Shown here: positions 1 through 14,685 of the stretch, in pieces
Position numbering within the stretch: the first letter of the stretch is position 1
Layout: each line of letters begins with the position of its first letter
Assembly: GCF_009914755.1 (NCBI RefSeq)
Contig: NC_060928.1
DNA from: the human T2T-CHM13v2.0 reference genome, Homo sapiens
Strand: one strand, 5' to 3'
DNA length: 64,000 bases
Translations under genes and position numbers: made by a program
Notes under the pieces: model-generated
Told to the model about the DNA's origin: nothing
Seen by the model: the letters and a program-made list of their open reading frames with translations, nothing else
The model's database searches: none

Positions 1-629
1 ATATGTGATAATTTGAATAAGAAAAATACTGAAGTTTTTTAATCCACAAAGAAATGTGTTTCTAAGTAATTCGTAATTTATACCCGTAAGTCAAAGTAAG
101 TTCAAAAAAATTTTTTATTTCTTTTTAAATAAGCCATTAACTAGAATTTTCACTAATGCTGATCAGCTCCCAACCTCACTAGTCTAAATAAAAAGGACTT
201 ATAAATATGACATATTGTGCTTTAAGTAAAATAACATGCGAATGTGAAAAACCATGTGACTTTACTTTAATAATGGTGTAAGTAAAGAAGTAGTTTCTAT
301 TGAGGTAGCTGAATCTTACCGCATTTAGTGTAAATGTAAGTCTCACAATATGGTATGACATTTTCCCTATAAAACTCTACACTATTCAACAATACAGACA
401 TTTTGTTACTATAATTACTAACTGAAAACAGAGAAGTAAGGGTCGTAGTTAGATTTCCATAAAGAATAGTTCCCAGTATAATAAAATAAGAGATGAACTT
501 GGTTACCTCAAAGATCCCTTTTAGACCCTGGGGTTTGATTGATAGTTCACCTTTGGGTAAAGTTTATTATGTGCCAAGCTCAGTGTTAATCACCTTAAAA
601 GTGTGAACTCTTTTAATGTGATTCCAACA

Positions 630-780
630 ATAATAGTTATTTATTGAGTGCCTGCTATATGCTGAATCCATGTAAAATCATTGTCTATTTAATCCTCAAA
701 ATAATCTAGTAAACTGGGTATTATTATTTTATTTTATAAATAAGAAGTGGAATTCTGGAAAGATTAAATACTTTGACTAC
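630..780 (-). mobile_element. MIR SINE fragment
   Basis: Degenerate MIR core (atttattgagtgcctgctatatgc...atttaatcctcaaaataatc...). Boundaries approximate. Confidence 0.6.
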
Positions 781-1338
781 CAGTTCATTCTCTTTCTATT
801 TCACCAGTCTGTTCTTGCTCCCTCCTCTGGCAAGTCCAGGGAAGTAAGGAAGGGGGCCTTGGGGTCTAGGATGATGGACAGAAGGCAGTGACCTGGGGCT
901 GGGAGTCTTGTCTCCGTGTTCTGGGATGAGAGAAGCCCTCCCAAGCCACAAATGGGGAATCCAAAATCAAATCCAGAGCAATTACACCATGAGTTAGAGA
1001 GCCAAGAAGCTCAGGCGGAAGCTACGTTGCCAAATCCCAGCAAAAGAAACCTAAAGTAGCCAAGTTGAAAAGGTTATTTGACTTAAAAGCCCAGATTGTA
1101 AGGTCATGGAGTGCAGCAAAGGGGCCAGAGAAGACAGAAATAACTCCAGAACTGGCAGCTGCCCTGGTTCACCCCAGTTCCTGCAGTTCCAGATGAGGAG
1201 GAATTAAATCAGATTGCATATGTATGGAGCACATAACAGAGGGACAGTGGTACCAGGAGACCTTGATAAATGGTGGCTCTTGAAAATGGCAGCTGCAAGA
1301 AGCAGAACTGCTGAAGAAAAGAGCAAGGACTTAGGAAC

Positions 1339-1720
1339 TATATTATTCTGTTCTCACATTACTGTAAAGAATGACCTGATACTGGGTAATTATAAAGAAA
1401 AGAGTTTTGATTGGCTCACAGTTCTGCAGGCTGTACAGGATGCATGGCTGGGGAGACCTCAGGAAATTTACAATCATGGGAGAAGGCGAAGGCCAAGCAG
1501 GCACGTCCTATATGGCTGGATCAGAAGGAAGAGGAAGAATGGGGAGGTTCTACACACATTTAAACAACCAGATCTCATGCAAACTCACTCACTATCACAA
1601 GAACAGCAAGGGGGAACTCCGCCCCATGATCCAATCACCTCCCACCAGGCCCCTCCTCCAACACTGGGGATTACAATTCAACACGAGATTTGGGTGGGGA
1701 TGCAGAGCCAAACTATATCA
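1339..1720 (-). mobile_element. MaLR solo LTR (MSTB/MSTA-like)
   Basis: MST motifs (ggctcacagttctgcaggctgtacagg; tttaaacaaccagatctc; atccaatcacctcccaccaggccc). Perfect 5-bp TSD GGAAC at 1334-1338 and 1721-1725. Confidence 0.9.
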
Positions 1721-2562
1721 GGAACTTTCTGGGCTGTTGCTCACCAGGTGAGGGACTTTGGGGAAAGCCATTTAACTTTTCAGAGTCTTAGTTTCTTCAT
1801 CTATAAAATGGAAATAATAAAAACAAAAAAGCATTTTTTATGCAATCAAAAATAGTAACATTGACTGAAAGTAGCTAGAGCAGAAGATGTCATCCTGTTA
1901 CTGAGCTTCAGCCTATTCCTGACCCAAGGTGCATCAAAACAGTGCTGTCTAAACAACCTGCTTTGTTGGAGAAATTCAATGCAATGGGATCTGGAACGTA
2001 ATAGGAATGTAATCACTGGTAGCTGTTACAACTATTGCTTTTGTTTTTATACACAAAGCTAGAAGGAAACAGAAGAGACCTCTCTGGTAAGTAGTTCTCA
2101 CTTAGGCTGGTAGGAGGTATTCAACTGGTTTCTCTTCATTACCAAAACCTAATCCAGATCTAATAAAATTCATCTTGACTATCTTCTTAGAGACAAATCT
2201 TTCAGCTACTTTGTGCTTCTATAGGCTGCAAAACTAAATACTATAATACAGTATTCAGCATGGATGTTTGCCAAATGGACTTACTTCTACTTTGAGTTCT
2301 ATGCCTGTTTTTTACATGAGGAAACCAATGCCCAAAAAGATAATGTGTCAGTGAAGAGAAAGGGAAGTCTCAAGAAGAAGTATTTTTTATTACTATATCT
2401 AATACAAAGTCATACAAGGCTCCTAGATACTGGGTGAAATAAGGACTTCTGTGGTTCATTGTTTACTATGTTTTTGTTCATCATGAGTTTCTATTGATGT
2501 ACAATACAGTATTACAATATGTTTTTGGCCTATAGTAATTTTTTCTCAAAGAAATCTTTCCA

Positions 2563-2630
2563 GAAGAAGGAGGAAGAGAAAGGAGAGAAGGAAGGGGAGA
2601 AAAGGATGAGAAAGGGGAAGAAGAAAGTAA
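2563..2630 (+). repeat. GA-rich low-complexity tract
   Basis: Purine-rich run agaagaaggaggaagagaaaggagagaagg... Confidence 0.8.
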
Positions 2631-3019
2631 AATCAACATGACCAATTTGGCTTCTGATTTGGAGGTGCATTTATATGAAAAAATAATAGGACAAAATACT
2701 TAAAACAGATACTTCTGGGGAATCAGAGATGCAACATTGCCACACCAATAAAAGACAGCTGCTAAAAGTCTGTTCATAATTAGCTGGCTTGTTCCTAGCC
2801 TGACACAGCAACAGGATGGCTTACAGAAGAAAGATGCAGCTAATCAGTCCATATCAACTTCTCTCATTAGTTTCACATTTTGGATAGCACTGAAACCACC
2901 ATCTGACTGGAAAGAGCCATTATGCCAAACAACTTAGAAACTGTTGGTGCTTTAATTTGCTTGTTTACTAAAGAATACTGTAAATGATTTTTAGCCACTA
3001 TATTCTTTTGGTTGCTGAC

Positions 3020-3400
3020 TCATACATTTTTCCTTAGTTGGAGGGCTTTTACACATGCTGCTCACTCTGCTTAGAATTCTCTGGCTCCCACCCCCTCAAT
3101 TCTCAGCTCGCTCCTGTCTGGCTCTTTCCTACTCAAACGCCTAATTCACAGAAAGGCCTTTCTGACTCCCTGGGTTGAATGAGGTTCCTGTAATTCTCTT
3201 TTTACTCATCATATTTACAAAGGATGTTTTGGGGTATCTGTCTTCTCATGCCCCTTCCTCCCATTCATTCCAATTAATCCATCCCCTACTCTATAAACAA
3301 AAGGGGATCCTGCTCAACTTTCATTGCTGATGCCTAGCATAGTGCCTGGAACATAAAAAAAAACCTCAAAAGAAATATTTGTTGAATGAATAGATGGATA
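3020..3400. mobile_element. L2 LINE 3' fragment
   Basis: Ends in the L2 terminal motif cctagcatagtgcctggaacat...aaatatttgttgaatgaat. Confidence 0.6.
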
Positions 3401-3464
3401 GACAAATAGATGGACATAGAGACAGATTGAAAGATCACACACATATCTTGCTATATTATCATGC

Positions 3465-3877
3465 TATATTAATCAGAGTAACACTAGGTTTGATAGCAAA
3501 CCCCAAAATTTCAGTGGCTTAATGCAACAGATGTTGGTTGCTTGGTCATATGATAATTTACTACAGGTTTTCTTAGTTGGGGAGAGACACTGTCTTCTCC
3601 ATGGAAAAGAGAGCCCAGACTCCTCCTATCTTGGGGAGAGAGGGAGAGAACAAAGTAGAGAAGTCTCTTCTGCTTCTTACAAGTCTCAGCCTGGAAGGGG
3701 CACAGATAGACAACTTCTGGTCACATTCCCTTCAAAAGCACTAATTATTATCTGGAGGCAAAAAGGAGGTGCTGAAAACTGGAGTCTTTTTCTGGACACC
3801 CTCCTTCCAGTGACAATACCATATGTGAAAAGGAGAGTTCAAATTTTTACTAGACACCTTACATAAAACTGGCCACA
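3465..3877 (-). mobile_element. Old MaLR LTR (MLT1-type)
   Basis: aaaccccaaaatttcagtggcttaa motif and ...ggccaca end. Degenerate. Confidence 0.5.
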
Positions 3878-6333
3878 AATATATATAATGAGCCAATCCA
3901 GACAACTCAAGCTAAAGTACACTCCAGTCCCCTGATCTGTACATCACTTGTTAATTATGCAGACTTCTACTTCATTTTGCCTATGAAATTATGGCCCTAA
4001 TAAGACCTTTCTTGCACTGATTTGAATTATCAAAAGTAAAGTCCACAAACTCCTTCTTAAATTTCTTGAAGTTTTTATAGCTTTCTTACATTATTATATA
4101 GCTTTATTAAATAGTATGTCAAAATTTTACATATAACAAAATGATCTGAGTATTTTTAATGTTGCCTTGACTGCCAAAATTCTCTTCTAATCACCAAGCC
4201 TACTCTTATTTAATTATAAGTATTGTAATCTAAGGTAGCATGACTGCATACTCAGAAATAGCTTTGAAATAGTATTTTTAAATATAAATAATTTAAAATA
4301 GAACAGTGCTGGGCTTTAAACTATAGCTCAGTGGGGTTTTTTTTAATTAGCATCAAAAGGAAGAAATAATACAAGGATCTTTAATTGATTTTAAGGAATT
4401 CTTGCTACATCTAAAGACAAGGATTACTAGTTAATCTCTTTGGATGTTTTATAAGCACAGAATATTACCTAAATAATTGCAAGCATATACTCAAATGACA
4501 GATGGAATAAACGGAAAAAAATTTTGCATGTAACAGTCAAAACAAATTCACTGAAGACCATAATCTTTACTTGGAAGTACTATAGGGAAATGGCAGTAGA
4601 ATTATATTTCCACAAGATAATATTCTTGTGAGGGCACACTGATTTAATAAGTTGAACTTGTAGTGGGGATGCTGATTCTGCGATGGTGACTACTATGTTG
4701 ACTATTTCTGCTCTCCTGAATAATCAATGTGTTCTGCTCCCATCTAATGGCTGTTGATGCAATGAAGAAACATCTATTCGTTTCACCACCAGTGACCTCT
4801 TGCACCCTGATTGCTTCAGGGGGCAGATTTATTGTGCTCATCAGCACAGGTGGGTTGACCCGATAATTTATGTGGCCTTATTTTCCTTCCAGACAAGTGA
4901 CTTGTTACTAATTTAAGGATTAAGTGATGTGGGAGTCAATTTTAGTAGAAAAGTTACACTGCTGTTAAGTTTGCTTTCTACCATAAGATCTGTCTAGGAT
5001 GAAAAAACATCAAAATTGGTTACATATTGAGATTGGGTTTACAACACTACTGGCATCCAGTGATTACCCAGAAGGGTATATCTTCATTAGCTTGAAGGCA
5101 ACAGAGATATGCAAACAATTTCTATCCCAGGAAGGCTCTTTAGCCTCATCCATTTCTTATTCGTCTAGTATTGGCATCTGTTTTCCTTTGGGGAGCTTCT
5201 TGGGCAAGGGGTGGCACTTAACACAAGTTAGGCTAATCAGACTCATTTGCTCAAGATTTTTAATCTTTTATGGATAATTTAGCAACTAAAATGGATGAAG
5301 ATAATTCTTGAATATTCTGACAGGACTCATTAAAAAAAACAGTCCTTTCATTCCTGCTCTCCTTTTTCTGGAGGGTTGCTAGTTCCTGAGGCTTGATGTT
5401 TCACTTTTCTTTCCATTTTGAGCTATCTGTCAAATGAACACATTTTTTTGCTTAAATTAACTGGAATCAGTTTCTGTGGCTTGAAACTCAGGAATCTGGT
5501 GATAGAAAGACTTTAACATTTGTGATTAAATAGTCATTCAAAGACAAGATTTTCAGGATTCAACTGGATGGCATTTTTTACAGTTGAACAATTTTACCGC
5601 ATAGACAAATATGAAAGAAGGCCTCTCAAGTGTAAAGGATTTACAGCCATTTTAACTGGCAAAGAAGAGCCAAATTCAGGAGCCCTCTTCAGTGGGTATA
5701 GAGACATCCATGAGCAAAGCAGGGAAGTGAACTGCATGGACTAGGAGACTAAGTCTTTACATTATGAAATCCTTCAGATAATTGGAGTTTCATCAGTATT
5801 GCAGACAAGAATCCAGTCATTACCTCAGCTAATATGTTTTAGTTATTACATATTTGAGGAAATATCACCAAAATGTCTTGAGATTTGGTAAATATTTTTG
5901 TGGTGGGTAAACATATTTTAAAACCAGGAAGATTTAAAATTGAGTATAAAAATACTTCAGAGAACCAAAACTATAAAAAAATCCATAATAAAAATATTTT
6001 TATGATTTGGTAATCTCTTCATATTTTGTGATTTATGTACTTCTAGCACTTCAGAAAATGTGACCTATTAGTAAAATAATTCTTATAATTCTATTTTAAA
6101 ACACAGAGATTTGTAATTTACATTGGTGATTTTAAATAGAAAGATTTTAGTTTATATATTATATATTAAAAAAAAACAAAAATTTCTCTGAGTTCTTGAA
6201 AAACTCAAATTTAATTTATTATAGTTAAAGGAATTATTCAAGAATTCAGGGAGGTTTTTTGTTTTCAGTAAGCCTGAAAACAGAAATACCTAAAAGAAAA
6301 AGAAAAATATTAAGCTTATAATATTACAGTTTT

Positions 6334-9300
6334 TTAAATATATATTTTAAGTTCTGGGATACATGTGCAGAACGTGCAGGTTTGTTACATAGATATACAC
6401 GTGCCATGGTGGTTTGCTGTACATATCAACCCGTCATCTACATTAGGTATTTCTCCTAACGCCATCCCTCCTCTAGTGCCCCAACTGCTGACAGGCCCCA
6501 GTATGTGATGTTCCCCTCCCTGTGTCCATGTGTTCTCATTGTTCAACTCCCACTTATGAGTGAGAACATGCAGTGTTTGGTTTTCTGTTCGTGTGTTAGT
6601 TTGCTGAGAATGATGGTTTCCAGCTTCATCCATGTACCTGCAAAGGGCATGAACTCATCTTTTTTATGGCTGCATAATATTCCATGGTGTAAATGTGCCA
6701 CATTTTCTTTATCCAGTCTATCATTGATGGGCATTTGGGTTGATTACAAATCTTTGCTATTGTGAACAGTGCTGCAATAAACATACGTGTGCATGTGTCT
6801 TTATAGTAGAATGATTTATAATCCCTTGGGTACATACCCAGTAATGGGATTTCTGGGTCAAATGGTATTTCTGGTTCTAGATCCTTGAGGAATCACCACA
6901 CTATCTTCTACAATGGTTGAACTAATTTACACTCCCAACAGTGTAAAAGCGTTCCTATTTCTTCACGTCCTCTCCAGCATCTGTTGTCTGCTGACTTTTT
7001 AATGATTGCCATTTTAACTGGTGTGAGATGGTATCATACTGTGGTTTTGATTTCCATTTCTCTAATGATCAGTGATGATGAGCTTTTTTTTATATGTTCG
7101 TTGGCCACATAAATGTCTTCTTTCAAGAAATGTCTGTTCATATCCTTCACCCACTTTTTGATTGAGTTGTTTGTATTTTCTTGTAAATTTGTTTAAATTC
7201 TTTGTAGATTCTGGATATTAGCCCTTTGTCAGATGAATATATTGCAAAAATTTTCTCCCATTCTGTAAGTTGCGGGTTCACACTGATGATAGTTTCTTTC
7301 GCTGTGGAAAAGCTCTTTAGTTTAATTAGATCCCATTTGTCAATTTTGGCTTTTGTTGCCATTGCTTTTGGTGTTTTAGTCATGAGGTCTTTGCCCATGC
7401 CTATGTCCTGAATGGTATTGCCTAGGTTTTCTTCTAGAGTTTTTATGGTTTTAGGTCTTATGTTTAAGTCTTTAATCCATCTTGAGTGAATTTTTGTATA
7501 AGGTGTAAGGAAGGGATCCAGTTTCAGTTTTCTGCATATGGCTAGCCAGTTTTCCTAACAACATTTATTAAATAGGGAATCCTTTCCCCATTGTTTTTTT
7601 TGTCAGGTTTGTCAAAGATCAGTTGGCTGCAGATGTGTGGCATTATTTCTGAGGCCTCTGTTCTGTTCCATTGGTCTATATATCTGTTTTGGTACCAGTG
7701 TCTTGCTGTTTTGGTTACTGTAGCCTTGTATTATAGTTTGAAGTGAGGTAGCTTGATGTCTCCAGCTTTGTTCTTTTTGCTTAGGATTGTCTTGGCTATA
7801 TGGGCTTTTTGGTTTCGTATGAAATTTAAAGTAGTTTTTTTCTAATTCTTTGAAGAAAGTCAATGGTAGATTGATGGGGATAGCATTAATGTATAAATTA
7901 CTTTGGGCACTATGGCAATCTTCACGATATTGATTCTTCCTATCCATGAGCATTCTTCACAATATCGATTCTTCCTATCCATGAGCATGGAAGTTTTTTC
8001 CATTTTTTGTGTCCTCTCTTATTTCGTTGAACAGTGGTTTGTAGTTCTCCTTGAAGAGGTCCTTCACATCCCTTGTAAGTTGGATTCCTAGGTATTTTAT
8101 TCTCTTTGTAGCAATTGTGAAGGGGAGTTGACTCATGATTTGGCTCTCTGTTTATTATCGGTGTATAGGAATGTTCGTGGGTTTTGCACATTGATTTTGT
8201 ATCCTGAGATTTTGCTGAAGTTGCTTATCAGCTTAAGGATACTTTGGGCTGAGATGATGGGGTTTTCTAAATATAAAATCATGTCATCTGCAAACAGAGA
8301 CAATTTGACTTCCTCTCTTTCTATTTGAATACCCTTTATTTCTTATTCTTGCCTGATTGCCCTGGCCAGAACCTCCAGTACTATGTTGAATAGGAGTGGT
8401 GAGAGAGGGCATCCTTGTCTTGTGCCAGTTTTGAAAGGGAATGCTTCCAGTTTTTGCCCATTCAGTATGATATTGGCTGTGGGTTTGTCATAAATATCTC
8501 TTACTATTTTGAGATATGTTCCATCAATACCTAGTTTATTGAGAGTTTTTAGCATGAAGGGGTGTTGAATGTTGTCGATGGCCTTTTCTGCATCTATTGA
8601 GAGAATCGTGGTTTTTGTCATTGGTTTTATGTGATGGATTACATTTATTGATTTGTGTATGTAGAATGAGATTTGCATCCCAGGTATGAAGCCGACTTGG
8701 ACGTGGTGGATAAGCTTTTTGATGTGCTGCTGGATTTGGTTTGCCAGTATTTTATTGAAGATTTTTGCATCAAAGTTCATCAGGGATATTGGCCTGAAAT
8801 TTTCTTTCTTTGTGGTGGCTCTGCCAGGTTTTGGTAACAGGATGATGCTGATCTCATAAAATGAGTTACAGAGGAGTCCTTCTTTCTCTGTTGTTTGGAA
8901 TAGTTTTGGAAAGAATGGTACCAGCTCCTCTTTGTATATCTGGTAGAATTCAGCTGTGAATCCATCTGGTCGTGGACTTTTTTTGGTTGGTAGGCTATTA
9001 ATTACTGACTCAATTCCAGAACTTGTTATTGGTCTCTTCAGGGATTCGACTTCTTCCCTGATTTAGTTGTGGGAAGGTGTATGTGTTGAGGAATTTATCC
9101 ATTTCTTCTAGATTTTCCAGTTTATTTGCATAGAGCTGTTTACAGTACTCTGTGATGGTAGTTTGTATTTCCGTGGGATCATTGGCGATATCCCCTTTAT
9201 CATTTTTTATTGTATCTATTTGATTCTTCTCTCTTTTCTTCTTTATTAGTCTAGCTGGAGTTCTATCTATTTTGATAATCTTTCTGGATTCAATGATTTT

Positions 9301-12300
9301 TTGAAGGGTTTTCTGTGTCTCTATCTCCTTCAATTCTGCTCTGATCTTAGTTATTTCTTGTATTCTAGATTTTGAATTTGTTTGCTCTTGCTTCTCTAGT
9401 TCTTTTAATTGTGATGTTAGGGTGTCAAATTTAGATCTTTCCCACTTTCTCCTGTGGATATTTAGTGCTATAAATTTCCCTCTAAACACTGCTTTAGCTG
9501 TGTCCCAGAGATTCTAGTACATTGTATCTTTTTTCTCATTGGTTTCAAAGAACTTATTTATTTCTGCATTCATTTTATTATTTACCTAGTAGTCTTTCAG
9601 GAGCAGGTTGTTCAGTTGCCATGTAGTTTTGTGGTTTTGAGTGAGTTTCTTAATCCTGAGTTCTAATTTGATTGCACTGTGGCCTGAGAGACTGTTTGTT
9701 ATGATTTCCGTTCTTTTACATTTTCTGAGGAGTGTTTTACCTCCAATTATGTGGGCAATTGTAGAATAAGTGTGATGTGTTGCTGAGAAGAATGTATATT
9801 CTGTTGATTTGGGGTGGAGAGTTCTGCAGATGTCTATTAGGTCTGCTTGGTCCAGAGCTAAGTTCAAGTCCTGAATATCCTTGTTAATTTTCTGTCTCAT
9901 AGATCTGTCTGATATTGACAGTGGGATGTTAACGTCTCCCACTATTATTGTGTGGGAGTCTAAGTCTCTTTGTAGGTCTCTAAGAACTTGCTTTATAAAT
10001 CTGAGTGCTCCTGTATTGGGTGCATATATATTTAGGATAGTTAGCTCTTCTTGTTCCATTGGTCCCTTTACCATTATGTAATGCCCTTCTTTGTCTCTTT
10101 TGATCTTTGTTGGTTTAAAGTCACTTTTATCAGAGGCTATGATTGTAACCTCTGCTTTTTATTGCTTTCCATTTGCTTGTTAAATATTCCCCCATCCCTT
10201 TATTTTGAGCTTATGTATGTCTTTGCATGTGAGATGGGTCTCCCAAATACAGCACATTGATGGGTCTTGACTGTTTATCCAATTTGCCAGTCTGTGTCTT
10301 TTAATTGGGGCATTTAACCCATTTATATATAAGGTTAATATTGTTATGTGTTAATTTGATCCTGTCATTATGATGCTAGCTGGTTATTTTGCCCGTTAGT
10401 TGATGCAGTTTCTTCATAGTGCCTATGGTCTTTACAATTTGATATGTTTTTGCAGTGGCTGGTACCGGTTTTTCCTTTCCATATTTAGTGTTTCCTTCAG
10501 GACCTCTTGTAAGGCAGGCCTGGTGGTAATAAAATCCCTCAGCATTTGCTTGTCTGAAAAGGATTTAATTTCCCCTTCACTTATGAAGCTTAGTTTGGCT
10601 GGATATGAAATTCTGGGTTGAATATTCTTTTTTTTTTTAAGAATATTGAATATTGGCCCCTACTCTCTTCTGGCTTGTAGGGTTTCTTCAGGGAGATCCA
10701 CTGTTAGTCTGATGGGCTTCCTTTGTGGGTAACTCAACCTTTCTCTCTGGCTGCCCTTAACATTTTTTCCTTCATTTCAACCTTGGCAAAATTGAGGATT
10801 ATGTGTCTTGGGGTTGTTCTTCTCGAGGAGTATCTTTGTGGTGTTCTCGTATTTCCTAAATTTGAATGTCTTGCTAGGTTGTGGAAGTTCTCCTGTATAA
10901 CACCCTGAAGAGTGTTTTCCAACTTGCTTCCATTCTCCCTGTCACTCTCAGGTACACCAATCAAACGTAGGTTTGGTCTTTTCATATAGTCCCATATTTC
11001 TTGGAGGCTTTGTTTGTTCCTTTTCATTCTTTTTTCTCTAATCTTGTCTTCATGCTTTACTTAAGTTGATCCGCTTGATCGATTCAGCTATTGATTCTTG
11101 TGTATGCTTCACAAAGTTCTTGTGCTGTGTTTTTCAGCTCCATCAGGTCATTTATGTTCTTCTCTAAACTGGTTATTTTAGTTAACAATTCCTCTAACTT
11201 TTTTTCAAGGTTCTTAGCTTTCTTGCATTGTGTTAGAACATGCTCCTTTAGCTCAGAGGAGCTTGTTATTACTCACCCTCTGAAGCCTACTTCTGCCAAT
11301 TCATCAAACTCATTCTCTATCCAGTTTTGTTCCTTTGCTGGTAAGGAGTTGTATCCTTTGGAGGAGAAGAGGCATTTTCGTTTTGGGAATTTTCAGCCAT
11401 TTTGCTCTGTTTTTTCCTCATCTTCGTGGGTTTATCTACCTTTGGTCTTTGATGTTGGTGACCTTCGGATGTGGTCTTTGTGTAGATGTCCTTTTTGTTC
11501 ATGTTGATGCTATTCCTTTCTCTTTGTTAGTTTTCCTTCTAACAGTCAGGCCTCTCTGCTGCAGGTCTGCTGGAGTTTGCTGGATGTCCACTCCACACCC
11601 CATTTGCCTGGGTATCACCAGTGGAGGCTGCAGAACAGCAAAGATTGCTGTCTGTTCCTTCCTCTGGAAGCATCTTCCCAAATAGGCACCTGCCATATGC
11701 CAGCCATGGTTCTGTCTTGCTGGTGTTCCAGGCTCCTGTGTGAGGTGTCTGTTGACCTCTGCTGGGAGGTGTCTCCCAGTCAGGAAACATGGGGGTCAGG
11801 GATCCACTTGAGAAGGCAGACTGTCTCTTAGCAAAACTCAAGCACTGTGCTAGGGAGATCCACTGCTCTCTTCAGAGCTGGCAGGCAGGAATAGTTAAGT
11901 CTGCTGAAACTGTGCCCATAGGCACCCCTTCCCTCAGGTGCTCTGTCCCAGGGAGATGGGAGTTTTATCTATAAGCCTCTGACTGGGGCTGCTGCCTTTC
12001 TTTCAGAGATGCCCTGTCCAGAGAGGAGGAATCTAGAGAGGCAGCCTGGCTACTGCAGATTTGCCTAGCTGCAGTAGGCTCCACCAAGTTCACTCTTTCC
12101 AGCAGCTTTGTTTACATTGTGAGGGGAAAACCACCTACTCAAGCCCCAGTAATGGTGGACCCTCCTGCCCCCACCAAGCTTGAGCACCACAGGTCGACTT
12201 CAGAATGCTGTGCTGGCAGTGAGAATTTCAAGCCAGTGGATTTTAGCTTGCTGGGCTCCATGAAGGTGGGATCTGCTGAGCTAGACCACTTGGCTTCCTG

Positions 12301-12782
12301 GCTTCAGCCCTTTCCAGTGGAGTGAACGGTTCTGTCTCGCTGGTGTTCCAAGCGCCACTGGGGTATGGAAAAAAAAGCTCCTGCAGCTAGCTCAGTGTCT
12401 GCCCAAACAGCTGCCAGTTTTGTGCTTGAAACCCAGGGTCCTGGTCATGTTGGCACCCGAGGGAATCTCCTGGTCTGCAGGTTGCAAAGACAGTGGGAAA
12501 AGTATAGTATCTGGGCCAGAATGCACTGTTCCTCATGCCACAGTCCCTCATGGCTTCCCTTGGCTAGGGGAGGGAGTTCCCCAACCCCTTGCACTTCCTA
12601 GGTGAGGTGACACCACACCCTGCTTCAATTCACCCTCCATGGGCTGCACCCACTGTCTAACCAATCCCAATGAGATGAGCCAGGTACCTCAGTTGGAAAT
12701 GCAGAAAACACCCACTTTCTGCATTGATCTCGCTGGGAGCTGCAGACTGGAGCTGTTCCTATTCAGCCATCTTCTCTTTCCC
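6334..12782 (-). mobile_element. Full-length, inactivated LINE-1 (L1PA7-like, ~6.45 kb)
   Basis: The minus strand starts with an L1PA 5'UTR (aagatggctgaataggaacagctccagtctgcagctcccagcgagatc). It contains ORF1 fragments (11317-11502, 10734-11027) and ORF2 endonuclease/RT fragments (9586-10074, 9010-9489, 8343-8780 with [18 protein letters not shown], 7147-7398, 6626-6835). The 3'UTR is at ~6340-6540. Perfect 14-bp TSD AATATTACAGTTTT at 6320-6333 and 12783-12796 with a TT/AAAA endonuclease site. Many stops and frameshifts. Confidence 0.97.
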
Positions 12783-13169
12783 AATATTACAGTTTTAAAT
12801 GTCCTAATATGTTTAACTTGCTCTGTATATGGGTCTAAATATTATCCAAAAACTTTAAAAATTACTGAAATTTGACTGACAAGTAGAATAAAATTTGTAA
12901 ATTAACTGTAAAAATGTCAGCATTTATAACTCTAATAGATTTTTTTTTGCTCAAAAACAACCAAGAAAAAGGTCATATTGACAGAATTTAGAGTCTCTAA
13001 ACCTGTTGTGTTAGCCCTGTTAACAGTAAGTGTTTTCCTACAATGAAAATGTATTATTCGATCTGCTGGTTTGGTTTTGTTTTTCTCAGCCTCAAAGTTA
13101 AACTTTTCCTGTGCTTTTCAAATACATAATTTGTTCTGAAGACACACACATAAAGTTATTAGAGCTTAA

Positions 13170-13535
<366 letters not shown>

Positions 13536-13851
13536 TAAACTCACAAAGGCAAGGAGAAGAAATTACATTAAATTAAAGAGTGTACTGAAAAGAGTACTGA
13601 ACTAGTCATTGTTTGAGCTAAGTATGAATTTTAATCTGAACATAGTTAACTATAATTTTGGACATATCACTTAACCACTCTGTGAAATGAGAAATTAAAC
13701 AATAAAATCTTCACAATTTTTGCCCACCCTAATATAAAATTCTATTGTTCTAAATGGAATTTAGACAGAAGATATTCATATCTTAAACTATGATTAATCT
13801 GTCAAAAACAGTTTTTAAAGAAAAAAAATCATGATTCAAAAATTGAATTCA

Positions 13852-14410
13852 CTTCAGAGGGCAGGGCTGGCTGGCCTTTTTACCTGTCCCAAGAACCTGA
13901 CTTCAGATCTTTTCTTGCAGCTGCAGTAGGAATGTAGAGTACGAGCTTTGATGCAGGAGTCTTGGCAGAACAAACATTTGAAAGTTTATTTCTCTCTTTG
14001 ACCGAGTATTTGTTGAAAGAACTGCAGCTGAAACTGTAGCCAAAGGAGGCATGATGCTTCCAGAACAAATGTCAAAGAAAAGTATTACATGCATCAGTAG
14101 TAGCTGTTAGATTGGTCTCTAAAAGAAAGGGTGGAGAGATTCAACCAGTTAGCATCCAAGTTGGAGATAAAGTTATTTTCCCAGAATATGGAAGCACCAA
14201 AGTGCTTTAGACAAGGATTATTTCTTATTTAGAGATGGTTTAGAGATGGTGACTTTCTTGGAAAGTATGCAGACTGAAATAAATCACCATTGAAATGGCA
14301 TAATAGTGAAGCTGCCCATTCCACTAAAGTTCTGAAATCTTTCATTATGTACATAAGTTCTACGTCTCTCTTTTGTAATAAACTAATAATAGCTAAACTA
14401 AAAGAAAAAT
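13852..14410 (+). pseudogene. HSPE1P: Processed pseudogene of HSPE1 (HSP10/chaperonin 10)
   Basis: Intronless match to HSPE1 mRNA as recalled: 5'UTR agagtacgag; start decayed to TTG at 13962; ctctttgaccgagta...gctgaaactgtagccaaaggaggc (LFDRV...AETV.KGG); aagggtggagagattcaaccagttagc (KGGEIQPVS); gacaaggattatttc (DKDYF); stop TGA 14275-14277. 3'UTR has AATAAA at 14377-14382 and an A-rich tail. Contains frameshifts. The 5' boundary is inferred from a degenerate TSD (aaaaattgaattca 13838-13851 / aaaaatgaataca 14405-14417). Confidence 0.95.
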
Positions 14411-14417
14411 GAATACA

Positions 14418-14685
<268 letters not shown>

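Noticed and set aside
1214-1855. 213-aa ORF (and overlapping 114-aa ORF)
   Set aside because: Starts at TTG and runs through an antisense MST LTR; typical repeat-derived translation with no gene context.
6385-12875. Many ORFs with RT/endonuclease/ORF1 similarity suggesting an active retroelement or novel RT system
   Set aside because: All are fragments of one ordinary L1PA copy broken by stops and frameshifts.
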